Source of the DNA: Nocardioides sp.
GTDB lineage: Bacteria; Actinomycetota; Actinomycetes; Propionibacteriales; Nocardioidaceae
Assembly: GCF_964228225.1 (NCBI RefSeq)
Contig: NZ_CAXQZB010000043.1
Coordinates: 11,610-75,609, forward strand
Direction of reading: 5' to 3'
DNA length: 64,000 bases
The translations under genes and the position numbers were made by a program. This document shows, one piece after another, positions 1-9,038 of the stretch. Positions within the stretch are counted from its first letter, which is position 1, and the number at the start of each line of letters is the position of its first letter. Under the pieces are notes generated by a model, which had not been told where the DNA came from, did no database searches, and saw only the letters and a list, made by a program, of their open reading frames with translations.

Positions 1-1566
1 GCCCTGCTCGACGCCGGCGTGCGCGAGGTCGTGCTCGCCCCCGGCAGCCGCAACGCGCCGCTGTCGGTGGCCGCGTTCGACGCCGCGCAGGCGGGGCTGG
101 TGCGGCTGCACACCCGCACCGACGAGCGCAGCGCCGCCTTCCTCGCCCTCGGCCTGACCCGCAACCACGCCCGCGCCGCGGTGGTGTGCACCTCCGGCAC
201 GGCCGTGGCCAACCTCCACCCGGCGCTGCTCGAGGCCGTGCACAGCGGGGTGCCGATGATCGCGGTCACCGCCGACCGCCCCGCGCGGCTGCGCGGCACC
301 GACGCCAACCAGACCACCGACCAGGTCGGCGTCTTCGGGCCGTTGCTGGCCACGGTCGACCTCGCCGCCCCGGGCGATCTCGCGCTGGGCCCGCCGACGG
401 CCGCCGACACGGCGCCGCGCCACCTCAACGTGCAGCTCGACGACCCGCTGCTCCCGGAGCCGGGCGACCGCTGGGTGCCGCGCGTCCCCGAGCTGCCGGC
501 CGCGCCGTCGAGCAGCGCGCGCCCCGACCCCGCCACCACCGTCGAGCACCCGCTGCTCCCGGGGCCGCGCACCGTCGTCGTCGCCGGCGACGACGCCGGC
601 CCGCAGGCGCGCCGCATCGCCGAGGCCGGCGGCTGGCCGCTGCTCGCCGAACCCTCCAGCGGGGCCCGCACCGGCGAGCACGCCCTGCGCTGCTACCGGC
701 TGCTGCTCACCACCGACCTCGCCGCACGGATCGAGCGCGTCGTCGTCGTCGGACACCCCACGCTGTCGCGCCCGGTGATGCGCCTGCTCACCCGTCCCGA
801 CGTCGAGGTCGTCTCGGTGCCCCACCGCGCCGGCTTCGCCCGGCCGTACCCCGTCGCGCTCAGCCACCCCCACCCCTGGCCGGCCGCCACCGACGCACCC
901 GACTGGCTGGAGGAGTGGCGCGAGGCCGACCGGGCCGTCGGTCGACGCCTCGACCGGCTGCTCGCCGCCGAGCCCGGTCTCACCCCCTACGAGGTCGCGG
1001 GGGCGGTGCACCGCGCGCTGCCCCGCGACGGCCTGCTCGTCGTGGGCCCCTCCAGCCCCGTGCGCGACCTCGACCTCATGGCCCGCCCCACCGGGGTGGG
1101 GGAGCGGCGCAAGGTCGTGGCCAACCGCGGTCTGGCCGGCATCGACGGCCTGGTCTCCACCGCCATCGGGGCCGCGCTGGCCCGCGCCGGCACCAGCCGT
1201 GCGATCGCCCTGCTCGGCGACGTCACCTTCCTCCACGACTCCGGCGGACTGGTCCTCGGCCCCGGCCAACCGGTGCCGGACCTCACCCTGGTCGTGGTCA
1301 ACGACGACGGCGGCTCCATCTTCCACGTCCTCGAGCAGGGCGCCCCCGCCTACGCCGACCGATTCGAGGCCCTCTTCGGCACCCCCCACGGCGTCGACCT
1401 CGCCGCCCTCTGCGCCGCCACCCGCACCCCCCACTGGCGGGTCGACAGCCTCCCCGAGCTCGAGCACGCCCTGGCCTCCCCACCCGGCGGACTCGACGTC
1501 GTGGAGGTGCGGGTGCGCCGCGACGACCGTCGCGACCTCGACGCCCGGATCCGCGCGCTGGCCTGA
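1..1566 (+). CDS. menD: 2-succinyl-5-enolpyruvyl-6-hydroxy-3-cyclohexene-1-carboxylate synthase (MenD), 5' end outside window
   Basis: Frame 1 is open from base 1 (ALLDAGVREVVLAPGSRNAPLS...). ThDP-enzyme blocks GSRNAPL, CTSGTAVANLHPA and GDVTFLHDSGG are typical of MenD. Stop at 1564-1566. Confidence 0.9.
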   Translation, partial: ALLDAGVREVVLAPGSRNAPLSVAAFDAAQAGLVRLHTRTDERSAAFLALGLTRNHARAAVVCTSGTAVANLHPALLEAVHSGVPMIAVTADRPARLRGTDANQTTDQVGVFGPLLATVDLAAPGDLALGPPTAADTAPRHLNVQLDDPLLPEPGDRWVPRVPELPAAPSSSARPDPATTVEHPLLPGPRTVVVAGDDAGPQARRIAEAGGWPLLAEPSSGARTGEHALRCYRLLLTTDLAARIERVVVVGHPTLSRPVMRLLTRPDVEVVSVPHRAGFARPYPVALSHPHPWPAATDAPDWLEEWREADRAVGRRLDRLLAAEPGLTPYEVAGAVHRALPRDGLLVVGPSSPVRDLDLMARPTGVGERRKVVANRGLAGIDGLVSTAIGAALARAGTSRAIALLGDVTFLHDSGGLVLGPGQPVPDLTLVVVNDDGGSIFHVLEQGAPAYADRFEALFGTPHGVDLAALCAATRTPHWRVDSLPELEHALASPPGGLDVVEVRVRRDDRRDLDARIRALA

Positions 1567-1588
1567 CCCGGCTCGCTCCGCGTCGGGG

Positions 1589-1649
1589 GTCGCACCAAGC
1601 ATGCGGCAGGCGATCCGGCCCGGAACGGCTGCGGAATGCTTGGTGCGAC
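1589..1649. repeat. Palindromic intergenic element, copy A (21-nt arms with 2 mismatches, 19-nt loop)
   Basis: GTCGCACCAAGCATGCGGCAG ... CTGCGGAATGCTTGGTGCGAC. Same architecture and core (ACCAAGCAT / ATGCTTGGT) as 49772-49834. Lies between the menD stop and the antiporter start. Confidence 0.7.
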
Positions 1650-1687
1650 GTCGGACCGGACCCGCGGGATGCGGGAGACTGGGGCGC

Positions 1688-3622
1688 GTGGAGGTCGCCC
1701 TGCTGCTCGTGTCCCTGGCCGTGAGCGTGCTGCTCGTCACCGCGGTCGCGGAGCGCCTGAACCTGCCCGCGCCGCTGCTGCTCATCGTCGTGGGGGTCGC
1801 GGCCTCCGCGGTGCCGGGAGTGCTGGAGATCGAGCTGAGCGCCGACGTCGTGCTGCTCGGGCTCCTGCCGCCCCTGCTCTACGCCGCCGCGCTGTCGACG
1901 TCGCTGGTGGACTTCAACGCCCAGCGGCGACCCATCCTGCTGCTCTCGGTCGGGCTGGTCATCGCCACGACGCTCGGCGTCGGGGCGGTCGTGCACGCCC
2001 TGATCCCCGGCATCGGCTGGCCGGTCGCGTTCGCCATCGGCGCGGTCGTGGCGCCGCCCGACGCGGTCGCCGCCACGGCCATCGCCCGGCGCATCGGCCT
2101 GCCCCGCCGGCTCGTGACGATCCTGGAGGGCGAGTCGCTGCTCAACGACGCCACGGCGCTGGTCGCGCTGCGCACGGCCCTGGCCGCCGGCGGCCTGACC
2201 GTCGGCCACGGCGCCGAGGAGAGCGCCGGGCACGGCGCCGGTCAGGGGGCCGGGCACGGGGGCTCCGGCGGCATCTCGGTGGGCGAGGTCGCCCTCGACT
2301 TCGTCGTCGCCGCCGGCGGCGGGGTGCTGGTCGGACTGCTGGTCTACGCCGTCGTCGGCCGGATCCGGGCCCGCCTCGAGGACCCCGTCATGGACACCGC
2401 GCTGTCCCTGGTCGTGCCCTTCGGCACCTACGTCGCCGCGGAGGAGATCCACGCCTCCGGGGTGATCGCCGTCGTGGTCGCCGGGCTGCTGCTCGGCCAC
2501 CAGGCCCCGGTCCTGCAGAGCGCGCAGTCGCGGATCGCGGAGCGGATGAACTGGCGCACCCTGGCCTTCGTGCTCGAGCACGCGGTGTTCCTGCTCATCG
2601 GCCTGCAGGCCGCCGGTCTGGTCGCCGACGTCGGCGACAGCACGCTGGGCACCGGTCGGATCATCGGCGTGTGCGCAGCGGTGCTGTTGGCCGTGATCGT
2701 CATCCGGCTGGCCTGGGTGTTCCCCTCCCGGTTCCTCATCGTCAAGCCCACCGCCGACCGCCACACCGGCCTGGTGCCGCCGGTCAGCCACACCTTCCTG
2801 CTCGGCTGGGCCGGCATGCGCGGCGTCGTCACGCTCGCGGCGGCCTTCGTGATCCCGGAGGGCACCGAGCACCGCGAGGTGCTGCTGCTCATCGCCTTCA
2901 CGACCGTGGCCGGCACCCTGCTGCTCCAGGGACTCACGCTGCCGGTGCTCACCCGCCGGCTGCGGGTGGAGCCGCCCGACCCGATGGACGACGCCCTGGC
3001 CCGCGCCACGCTGCTGCACCAGGCGGGGCTGGCCGGGGAGGCCAAGCTGGCCGAGCTCGACGTCGCCGACACCCACGGCGTCGTGGAGCTGATCCGCCAG
3101 CGCGTCGAGCAGCGCAACTTCGCCGCCTGGGAGCGCCTCGGCACCACACCGGGGGAGGAGAGCCCCAGCGACCTCTACGCCCGGGTGCGCGGGGAGATGA
3201 TCGACGCCGAGCGGGCGCGGATCCTCGAGATCCGCGCGGGCGGCACCGTGCCCTCGGAGGTCGTCGCCGACGTCCTGGCCCTGCTCGACGTCGAGGAGTC
3301 GATGCTCGACGTCGCCACCGAGGAGCGCGCCGAGCTGCGCGAGTCCACGAGCGGACGCCGCCCCGGCGAGCAGTGCGACCACCTGCTGTCCCACCCGGTG
3401 GTGGCCACCGCGACCGACGGCACCTGCCCGGGCTGCCTGGAGGAGGGCACCCGCTGGGTCGCGCTGCGCCAGTGCCTGGAGTGCAGGCACATCGGGTGCT
3501 GCGACTCCTCACCCGGGCGCCACGCCACCCGCCACTTCCACGACACCGGCCACCCGGTGATGCAGTCCGCCGAGCCGGGCGAGGACTGGCGCTGGTGCTA
3601 CGCCCACCACCTCACGGCCTGA
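1688..3622 (+). CDS. Na+/H+ antiporter (CPA1/NhaP-like) with C-terminal UBP-type zinc-finger domain
   Basis: GTG start gives VEVALLLVSLAVSVLLVTAVAERLNLPAPLLLIVVGV, a typical NhaP N-terminus. Multiple TM segments. Gly/His-rich loop GHGAEESAGHGAGQGAGHGGSGG. C-terminus CPGC..W..LRQCLECRHIGCCDSSPGRHATRHFHDTGHP matches the zf-UBP pattern. Confidence 0.85.
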   Translation: MEVALLLVSLAVSVLLVTAVAERLNLPAPLLLIVVGVAASAVPGVLEIELSADVVLLGLLPPLLYAAALSTSLVDFNAQRRPILLLSVGLVIATTLGVGAVVHALIPGIGWPVAFAIGAVVAPPDAVAATAIARRIGLPRRLVTILEGESLLNDATALVALRTALAAGGLTVGHGAEESAGHGAGQGAGHGGSGGISVGEVALDFVVAAGGGVLVGLLVYAVVGRIRARLEDPVMDTALSLVVPFGTYVAAEEIHASGVIAVVVAGLLLGHQAPVLQSAQSRIAERMNWRTLAFVLEHAVFLLIGLQAAGLVADVGDSTLGTGRIIGVCAAVLLAVIVIRLAWVFPSRFLIVKPTADRHTGLVPPVSHTFLLGWAGMRGVVTLAAAFVIPEGTEHREVLLLIAFTTVAGTLLLQGLTLPVLTRRLRVEPPDPMDDALARATLLHQAGLAGEAKLAELDVADTHGVVELIRQRVEQRNFAAWERLGTTPGEESPSDLYARVRGEMIDAERARILEIRAGGTVPSEVVADVLALLDVEESMLDVATEERAELRESTSGRRPGEQCDHLLSHPVVATATDGTCPGCLEEGTRWVALRQCLECRHIGCCDSSPGRHATRHFHDTGHPVMQSAEPGEDWRWCYAHHLTA

Positions 3623-3629
3623 CGGCACC

Positions 3630-4484
3630 TCAGGCGTCGTCGCCCAGCAGCGCCTGCTCCAGGGTCCGCGCCGGGTGCCCGGTCAGCCGGGCGACGTCGT
3701 CGGTGACCTGCGCCACCGACCCGTCCGCGATCGCGGTGTAGGTGCTCACCCACGCCTCGACCTGCCACTCCGGGGCCTCGGGCCAGCCGGCGCGGCGCGA
3801 GGCCCGGGCCTGCTCCAGCGTCTCGGGCTCGTAGCGCAGCCGGCTGCCCAGCGCCGCCCCGGCGCGCGCGGCGACCTCGTCCAGCGAGAGCGCCTCCGGG
3901 CCGGTGAGGGTGGCGGTGAGGCCGCGGTGGGCGACCGGGTCGCGCAGCACCGCCTCCACCACGTCGACGACGTCGCGTCGCGCCACCGCCGCCACGCGAC
4001 CCTCCCCGGGGGCGCCGGCCGGGCCGCGCAGCACGCCGTCGGGTCCGGCGAAGTGGGGCAGCAGGTCGAGGTAGAAGTTGTCGCGCAGCACCGTGACGTG
4101 CGGGATCAGCTCGTGCAGCTCCGCCTCGGTGTGGGCGTGGTCGTGGGCGAGGGTGAAGGTGGCGCCGGGGCTGGCGCCGGCGAAGGAGAGGTACACGACG
4201 TGCCCCACCCCGGCGCGCGCGGCGGCGCGCACGAAGCCGGCCTGCTCCTGCGCGCGGGTGGGCGACTCGTGACCGGAGACGAAGAACAGCACGTCGACCC
4301 CGCGCAGCGCCTGCACGGCGGCGTCGGTGTCGCCGTAGCTGCACGGCCGGCTGGCCAGCCCCAGGTCCGGGGCTCGCGCGGGGTCGCGCACCAGGAGCAG
4401 CGGAGGGAGGTCGCGTACCCGGCGGGCGACCGCGCCCCCGATCACGCCGGTGCTGCCGGTGAGGGCGATCGTGGCGGCGTCCAT
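3630..4484 (-). CDS. NAD(P)H-binding NmrA-like / atypical SDR family protein
   Basis: Start MDAATIALTGSTGVIGGAV carries a Rossmann GxxGxxG. The rest reads like the NmrA/SDR-a5 family. The ATG at 4482-4484 is chosen over the upstream extension in the track. Confidence 0.75.
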   Translation of the reverse strand: MDAATIALTGSTGVIGGAVARRVRDLPPLLLVRDPARAPDLGLASRPCSYGDTDAAVQALRGVDVLFFVSGHESPTRAQEQAGFVRAAARAGVGHVVYLSFAGASPGATFTLAHDHAHTEAELHELIPHVTVLRDNFYLDLLPHFAGPDGVLRGPAGAPGEGRVAAVARRDVVDVVEAVLRDPVAHRGLTATLTGPEALSLDEVAARAGAALGSRLRYEPETLEQARASRRAGWPEAPEWQVEAWVSTYTAIADGSVAQVTDDVARLTGHPARTLEQALLGDDA

Positions 4485-4558
4485 CCTGTGATCATGCCGG
4501 GCGTGCCGCTGCGCGCGGAAGCCGCCACCGGGGGCCGCGGTGGTGGCACACTCGGCAC

Positions 4559-5356
4559 ATGCTGCAGTTCCGGGCCGCCGCATCCAGCCACGTCGGACTG
4601 GTGCGCTCCCACAACGAGGACTCCGGGTTCGCGGGGCCCTACCTGCTCGTGGTCGCCGACGGCGTGGGCGGTGCCGCGGCCGGTGAGGTCGCCTCCGCCA
4701 CCGCCACCTACGTCGCCACGGCGCTGTCGATGCTCAGCAACCCGCCCGGCGACCCGGTCGACCTCCTCGCCACCGCGGTCGACCAGGCCGGCGCCCAGCT
4801 GCGCGCCGGCATCGCGACCGACCCCTCCCGCTCGGGGATGAGCACCACCCTCACCGCGATCGCCACCGACGGCACGCGCTGCGCGGTCGCCCAGGTGGGC
4901 GACTCCCGGGCCTACCTGCGTCGCGACGACGTCGTCACCCAGCTCACGACCGACCACACCCTCGTGCAGGCGCTGGTCGAGTCGGGCCGGCTCACCGCCG
5001 CCGAGGCCCGGGTCTCGCCGCACCGCAACATCGTGGTGCGCGCGCTGGGCGGGCAGTCCCTGCCCGAGCCCGACCTCGCGCTGCTCGAGCTGGCCCCCGG
5101 CGACCGGCTGCTGCTGTGCAGCGACGGCCTCAACGACTACACCGAGGACGACGTCATCGCCGACCTGCTCGGACTGCCCGACCGGGAGGAGGCGGTGGCG
5201 GCCCTCATCGAGGCCGCGCTGCAGGGCGGCGGGCGCGACAACGTGACCGTGCTCGTGGCCGACGTCGTCGACGCCGATCCGGTCGACAGCCGCGGCACCC
5301 TGGTGGGCGCCGTCCGCGACGCCTCCCAGGTGCTCGACCCCACCGCCGTGCGCTGA
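4559..5356 (+). CDS. PP2C-family Ser/Thr protein phosphatase
   Basis: HVGLVRSHNEDS, VVADGVGG, VGDSRAYL, LLCSDGL and GGRDNVTVLV are the canonical PP2C motif series. Confidence 0.85.
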   Translation: MLQFRAAASSHVGLVRSHNEDSGFAGPYLLVVADGVGGAAAGEVASATATYVATALSMLSNPPGDPVDLLATAVDQAGAQLRAGIATDPSRSGMSTTLTAIATDGTRCAVAQVGDSRAYLRRDDVVTQLTTDHTLVQALVESGRLTAAEARVSPHRNIVVRALGGQSLPEPDLALLELAPGDRLLLCSDGLNDYTEDDVIADLLGLPDREEAVAALIEAALQGGGRDNVTVLVADVVDADPVDSRGTLVGAVRDASQVLDPTAVR

Positions 5357-5393
5357 CCGGAGGGCGCCGGGGCCGCGTGGCTAGGGTGAGCGG

Positions 5394-6035
5394 GTGCGGA
5401 TCACCAAGTACGGCCACGCCTGCGTCCGGATCGAGCACGACGGCGTGCGCGTCGTGCTGGACCCCGGTGTGTTCACCGAGCCCGAGGCGGTCGACGGCGT
5501 CGACGCCGTGCTGATCACCCACGAGCACCCCGACCACCTCGACGTCGAGCGGCTGCGGCGCGCCGACGCCCCGATCCACACCATCGCCGCGGTGGCGACG
5601 GCGATCGGTGCCCAGGCCCCGGACCTCGCCGAGCGGGTGCACGTGGTCGCCCCCGGGGAGCGCCTCGACGTGGGGCTGCCGGTGGAGGTGGTGGGGGAGA
5701 AGCACGCGGTGATCCACCCCGACTACCCGACGCTCGACAACTCCGGCTACGTCCTCACCTGTGGGGAGCAGCGGGTCTACCACCCCGGCGACTCCCTCAC
5801 CCTCCCGCCGGGACCGGTGGACCTGCTGCTGGCCCCGATCAGCGCCCCGTGGCTGGCGATCGGGCCGGCGGTGGACTTCGTGCGCGCCGTCGGCGCCCCC
5901 CGCACCCTCGGCATCCACGACAAGGTCTACAGCGACCTCGCGCTCGGCATGGTCGACGCCCACATGGCCGCGCTCGTGACGCAGCCGCTGGGGTTGGCCT
6001 TCACCCGCCTCGCCGCGGGCACCGACCTGGCCTGA
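5394..6035 (+). CDS. MBL-fold metallo-hydrolase
   Basis: MRITKYGHACVRIE ... VLITHEHPDHLD (HxHxDH motif). 213 aa. Confidence 0.75.
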   Translation: MRITKYGHACVRIEHDGVRVVLDPGVFTEPEAVDGVDAVLITHEHPDHLDVERLRRADAPIHTIAAVATAIGAQAPDLAERVHVVAPGERLDVGLPVEVVGEKHAVIHPDYPTLDNSGYVLTCGEQRVYHPGDSLTLPPGPVDLLLAPISAPWLAIGPAVDFVRAVGAPRTLGIHDKVYSDLALGMVDAHMAALVTQPLGLAFTRLAAGTDLA

Positions 6036-6059
6036 GGCACGACGTCCGGCCGCGCCGCG

Positions 6060-7358
6060 TCAGGAGTCGAGGGACTCCCGCACCGGGAGGAACTTCGCGG
6101 CCGCCTCGGCCAGCTCGGCGGCGGGGTCGGAGTCACCGACGATCCCGCAGCCGGCGAACAGGCGCACGACGTCGCGCTGCTCGCCCACGAGCTCGGCCGA
6201 GCGCAGGGCGATGCCCCACTCGCCGTCGCCGCGGGCGTCCATCCACCCCACCGGTGCGGCGTAGCGGCCGCGGTCCATGCCCTCGATCTCGGCGATGGTG
6301 TCCACCGCGACGTCGGTGGGGGTGCCGCCCACCGCCGCGGAGGGGTGCAGGGCGGCGGCGAGGGCGAGGGAGGAGGCCGACTCGGCCACCGGCACCACGC
6401 CGGTGACGTCGGTGGCCAGGTGCATGACGTTGGGCAGGTGCAGCACGAACGGCGCCTCGGGCACGTTCATCGACGTGCAGTGCGGCCCGAGCGCCTCAGC
6501 CACCGAGCGCACGGCGTACTCGTGCTCCTCCAGGTCCTTCGACGACCGCGCCAGCGCGGCCGCCAGGGCGAGGTCGCGCAGGTCGTCGCCGGTGCGGCGG
6601 ATCGTGCCGGCCAGCACCCGGGAGGTGACCAGGCCGCGCTCGCGCCGCACGAGCATCTCCGGGGTGGCGCCGAACATGCCCTCCACGTGGAAGGTCCAGC
6701 AGGTGGGGTAGCGCTCGGTGAGTCGCCGCAGCGGCCACCGCACGTCGATCGGTGCGCCGGCGCGCGCGATGAGGTCGCGGGCCAGGACGACCTTCTCCAG
6801 GCGTCCGTCGCCGATGCGCGCCACGGCCTCGGCCACCGCCGCGGCCCAGGCGTCGTCGTCCAGGGCCCCGGGGCCGACGACGAGGTCGACGGGGGCCGGC
6901 GGGGCGGCGGTGGGCTGTGGGGCCGTCTCGTGGCGCCCGAGCGTGCCGGCGGCCACGGTGGTGAGCCAGGCGGTGTCGCCCCGGCGCCCGACGACGACCT
7001 GCGGCACGACCGCCACCGAGGTGCCGGGTGCGTCGGCGAAGCCGAAGCTGGCGAAGCACACCGGGCCGGTGCCGGGACGGTCGACCTCGTCGCGCACCAC
7101 CGCGTGGCCGACGAGCTCGGCCCACCACGCGTCGACCGCGGCGAACCGGTCAGGGCCCTGCGAGGTCGTGCGGGCGGCGACGCCCCAGCCCACCAGGCCC
7201 TCGCCCCGGCGCAGCCACGCCACCTGGTCGGCGGGCGGCAGCAGGGTGACCAGGGCGGCCAGCGCGTCGGCGTCCAGCGCGACCGTGCGGACGACGAGGG
7301 GGGCCTCGTCGGGCACGGCATGCAGGCTCACACCGACGAGCCTACTCAAGGTCGGCAT
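6060..7358 (-). CDS. menF: Isochorismate synthase (menaquinone-specific, MenF)
   Basis: C-terminal chorismate-binding blocks (GTPT, GMDRGRYAAPVGW, GEWGIALRSA, AGCGIVGDSDP). ATG at 7356-7358. The 782-aa track ORF is an upstream over-extension. Confidence 0.85.
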   Translation of the reverse strand: MPTLSRLVGVSLHAVPDEAPLVVRTVALDADALAALVTLLPPADQVAWLRRGEGLVGWGVAARTTSQGPDRFAAVDAWWAELVGHAVVRDEVDRPGTGPVCFASFGFADAPGTSVAVVPQVVVGRRGDTAWLTTVAAGTLGRHETAPQPTAAPPAPVDLVVGPGALDDDAWAAAVAEAVARIGDGRLEKVVLARDLIARAGAPIDVRWPLRRLTERYPTCWTFHVEGMFGATPEMLVRRERGLVTSRVLAGTIRRTGDDLRDLALAAALARSSKDLEEHEYAVRSVAEALGPHCTSMNVPEAPFVLHLPNVMHLATDVTGVVPVAESASSLALAAALHPSAAVGGTPTDVAVDTIAEIEGMDRGRYAAPVGWMDARGDGEWGIALRSAELVGEQRDVVRLFAGCGIVGDSDPAAELAEAAAKFLPVRESLDS

Positions 7359-7418
7359 GTCCTTCGGGGCGTGGGTCGGCCTCCGGCCGCCTCCCCCCGG
7401 GGTGCGAGACTTCCGGGC

Positions 7419-8060
7419 ATGGCTACCACCCCTGCGGGTACGTCCCTGCCCCTGCGCGGCGTCGTCGGCGGCGTCGCGCTGCTGGCCGTCGTCGGCGGCT
7501 TCGCGATCGGTCTGCCGAAGGTGGACTCGGGGCCGGACGGCGGCGCCTCCGTCGCCGCCCTCCCCGACAGCCTGCCGAGCGGCCTGGTGGCGGTGGACAC
7601 GCTGCAGAGCGGACCCTTCGTCTCCCAGATCGACGTCGTGGCGCTGCGCGACGTCGAGGTGCGCGCCGTCTCCGCGCTCGACGACTTCTACGACTCCTCC
7701 AGCGCCTACCGCCTCTACGGGCGCGCCGACGGCAGCGCCCTCGGCGCCGTCACCGTCATCGGCCGCGCGCCGGGACCGTTCCCCGGCGACGCCCTGCCGA
7801 TCGCGGCCACCGACCCCGCCAACACGGCGCGGCCCTCCGCGCTGGTGCAGCGCGTGGGTGCCGCGATCTGCGAGATCACCTGGGGGCAGGCGGTGCCGGC
7901 CGGCCAGACCCCCGACCCGACCCAGCTGCCGCAGCAGGTGCGGTGCCAGCAGGGCACCGACCAGACGGTGCAGTTCTCCGTGGCCGGCCTGACCCTCGCC
8001 GAGGTCGAGCAGGTCCTCGCCGCCCTGCCGGGCGGCGAGGGGTCGGCTCAGGACCAGTAG
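7419..8060 (+). CDS. Hypothetical membrane-anchored or secreted protein
   Basis: ATG at 7419, N-terminal TM/signal segment LRGVVGGVALLAVVGGFAIGL, high GC3 codon usage. No family recognised. Confidence 0.55.
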   Translation: MATTPAGTSLPLRGVVGGVALLAVVGGFAIGLPKVDSGPDGGASVAALPDSLPSGLVAVDTLQSGPFVSQIDVVALRDVEVRAVSALDDFYDSSSAYRLYGRADGSALGAVTVIGRAPGPFPGDALPIAATDPANTARPSALVQRVGAAICEITWGQAVPAGQTPDPTQLPQQVRCQQGTDQTVQFSVAGLTLAEVEQVLAALPGGEGSAQDQ

Positions 8061-8944
8061 ACGACGACGTCGTCGCCCACCTGCACCTGGTCGAACAGGG
8101 CGGCGAGGGCGTCGTAGTCGCGCACGTTGACGCAGCCGTGGGACGCCCCGGCGTAGCCGACGCCGGCGAAGTCGCTGGAGTAGTGGACGGCCTGGCCGCC
8201 GGAGAAGAACATCGCGAAGGGCATCGAGCTGCCGTAGAGCGAGGACACGTGGTCGCGGCTCTTGTACTCGACGTGGAACAGGCCCTCCCGGGTCGGGGTG
8301 TACTCGCTGCCGAAGCGCACGTCGAGGGTGGTGAGCACCCGGCCGTCCACGACCCAGCGCAGCGTGCGGCTGGTCTTGTCCACGCACAGCACCCGACCGG
8401 TCTCGCACCGCGGGTCCAGCGGGCCGGGCACGTTCTCACCGAGCCGGTTCTCCAGCTCCTCGGTGGTGGGCTCGGTGGTCATCTCCTCCAACCGGTCCAG
8501 CGTGGTGCGGTCGACCACGCCGGTGGCGGCGAATCCGCGCTTGGCCTGGAAGCCGCGCACGGCCTCGGTCGTGACGTCGCCGTAGTAGCCGGTGACGTCG
8601 GCGGCGAACCAGTCGATCTGACGCAGTCGCGCCTGGATCTCGCGCACCTGCGGGCCCTCGTCGCCCGGCGAGAACAGGGCGGGTCCGGCGACCGGGCCGG
8701 CCGGCTCGGTGGGCTGGGAGGGCTCAGTGGGCTCGGTGGGCTGGGAGGGTTCGGCGGGCTCGGTGGGCTCGGGGGTGGCCGTCCCGCGGTCGCGCGGCCG
8801 GTCCCCGTCCTGCGTGCGGGCGCTGGCGGCGCGGGTGACCTCGCGGTCGGAGGACAGCAGGCCGTTCGCGGTGAGGGCCAGCACGGTGCCTCCCAGCACG
8901 AGGGCCACCAGCACGGTGAGGGCGAGACGACGGACGGCGGTCAT
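8048..8944 (-). CDS. L,D-transpeptidase (YkuD domain) with peptidoglycan-binding domain and Pro-rich linker
   Basis: PG-binding-like [21 protein letters not shown]. YkuD catalytic block [11 protein letters not shown]...ASHGCVNV. N-terminal TM anchor. Start at MTAVRRL (8942-8944). Confidence 0.85.
   Translation of the reverse strand: MTAVRRLALTVLVALVLGGTVLALTANGLLSSDREVTRAASARTQDGDRPRDRGTATPEPTEPAEPSQPTEPTEPSQPTEPAGPVAGPALFSPGDEGPQVREIQARLRQIDWFAADVTGYYGDVTTEAVRGFQAKRGFAATGVVDRTTLDRLEEMTTEPTTEELENRLGENVPGPLDPRCETGRVLCVDKTSRTLRWVVDGRVLTTLDVRFGSEYTPTREGLFHVEYKSRDHVSSLYGSSMPFAMFFSGGQAVHYSSDFAGVGYAGASHGCVNVRDYDALAALFDQVQVGDDVVVYWS
8703..8775. repeat. 27-bp tandem repeat (about 2.7 units) inside the L,D-transpeptidase gene
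   Basis: GGCTCGGTGGGCTGGGAGGGCTCAGTG / GGCTCGGTGGGCTGGGAGGGTTCGGCG / GGCTCGGTGGGCTCGGGGG. Encodes the PTEP(A/T)EPSQ linker on the minus strand. Confidence 0.6.
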
Positions 8945-9038
8945 GGTGGGTCCTCCAGGGTTCGGATCGTTGCTCACCCAGGAGACGCCGCCCGGAGGGG
9001 TTTGGTTGCCATCACCCCCGGACCTCTACGCTGCGAGG

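Noticed and set aside
186-3490. Long ORFs 186-1724 (+), 1636-3741 (+) and 1298-3490 (-) with Arg/Pro/Gly/Ala-rich translations.
   Set aside because: They are alternative or antisense frames of menD and the antiporter gene. The composition is the typical artefact of stop-poor frames in >70% GC DNA. The recognised proteins occupy the other frames.
6060-8408. 782-aa minus-strand ORF suggesting a much larger MenF fusion protein.
   Set aside because: Only the C-terminal 433 aa (from the ATG at 7358) look like isochorismate synthase. The upstream 350 aa are low-complexity Arg/Gly-rich sequence antisense to the 7419-8060 gene.
8700-8780. The short tandem repeats here and at 55829-55912 were considered as possible CRISPR or minisatellite arrays.
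   Set aside because: There are no spacer-like unique segments. Units are contiguous, in-frame and encode Pro-rich or YGQP peptide repeats inside CDSs.
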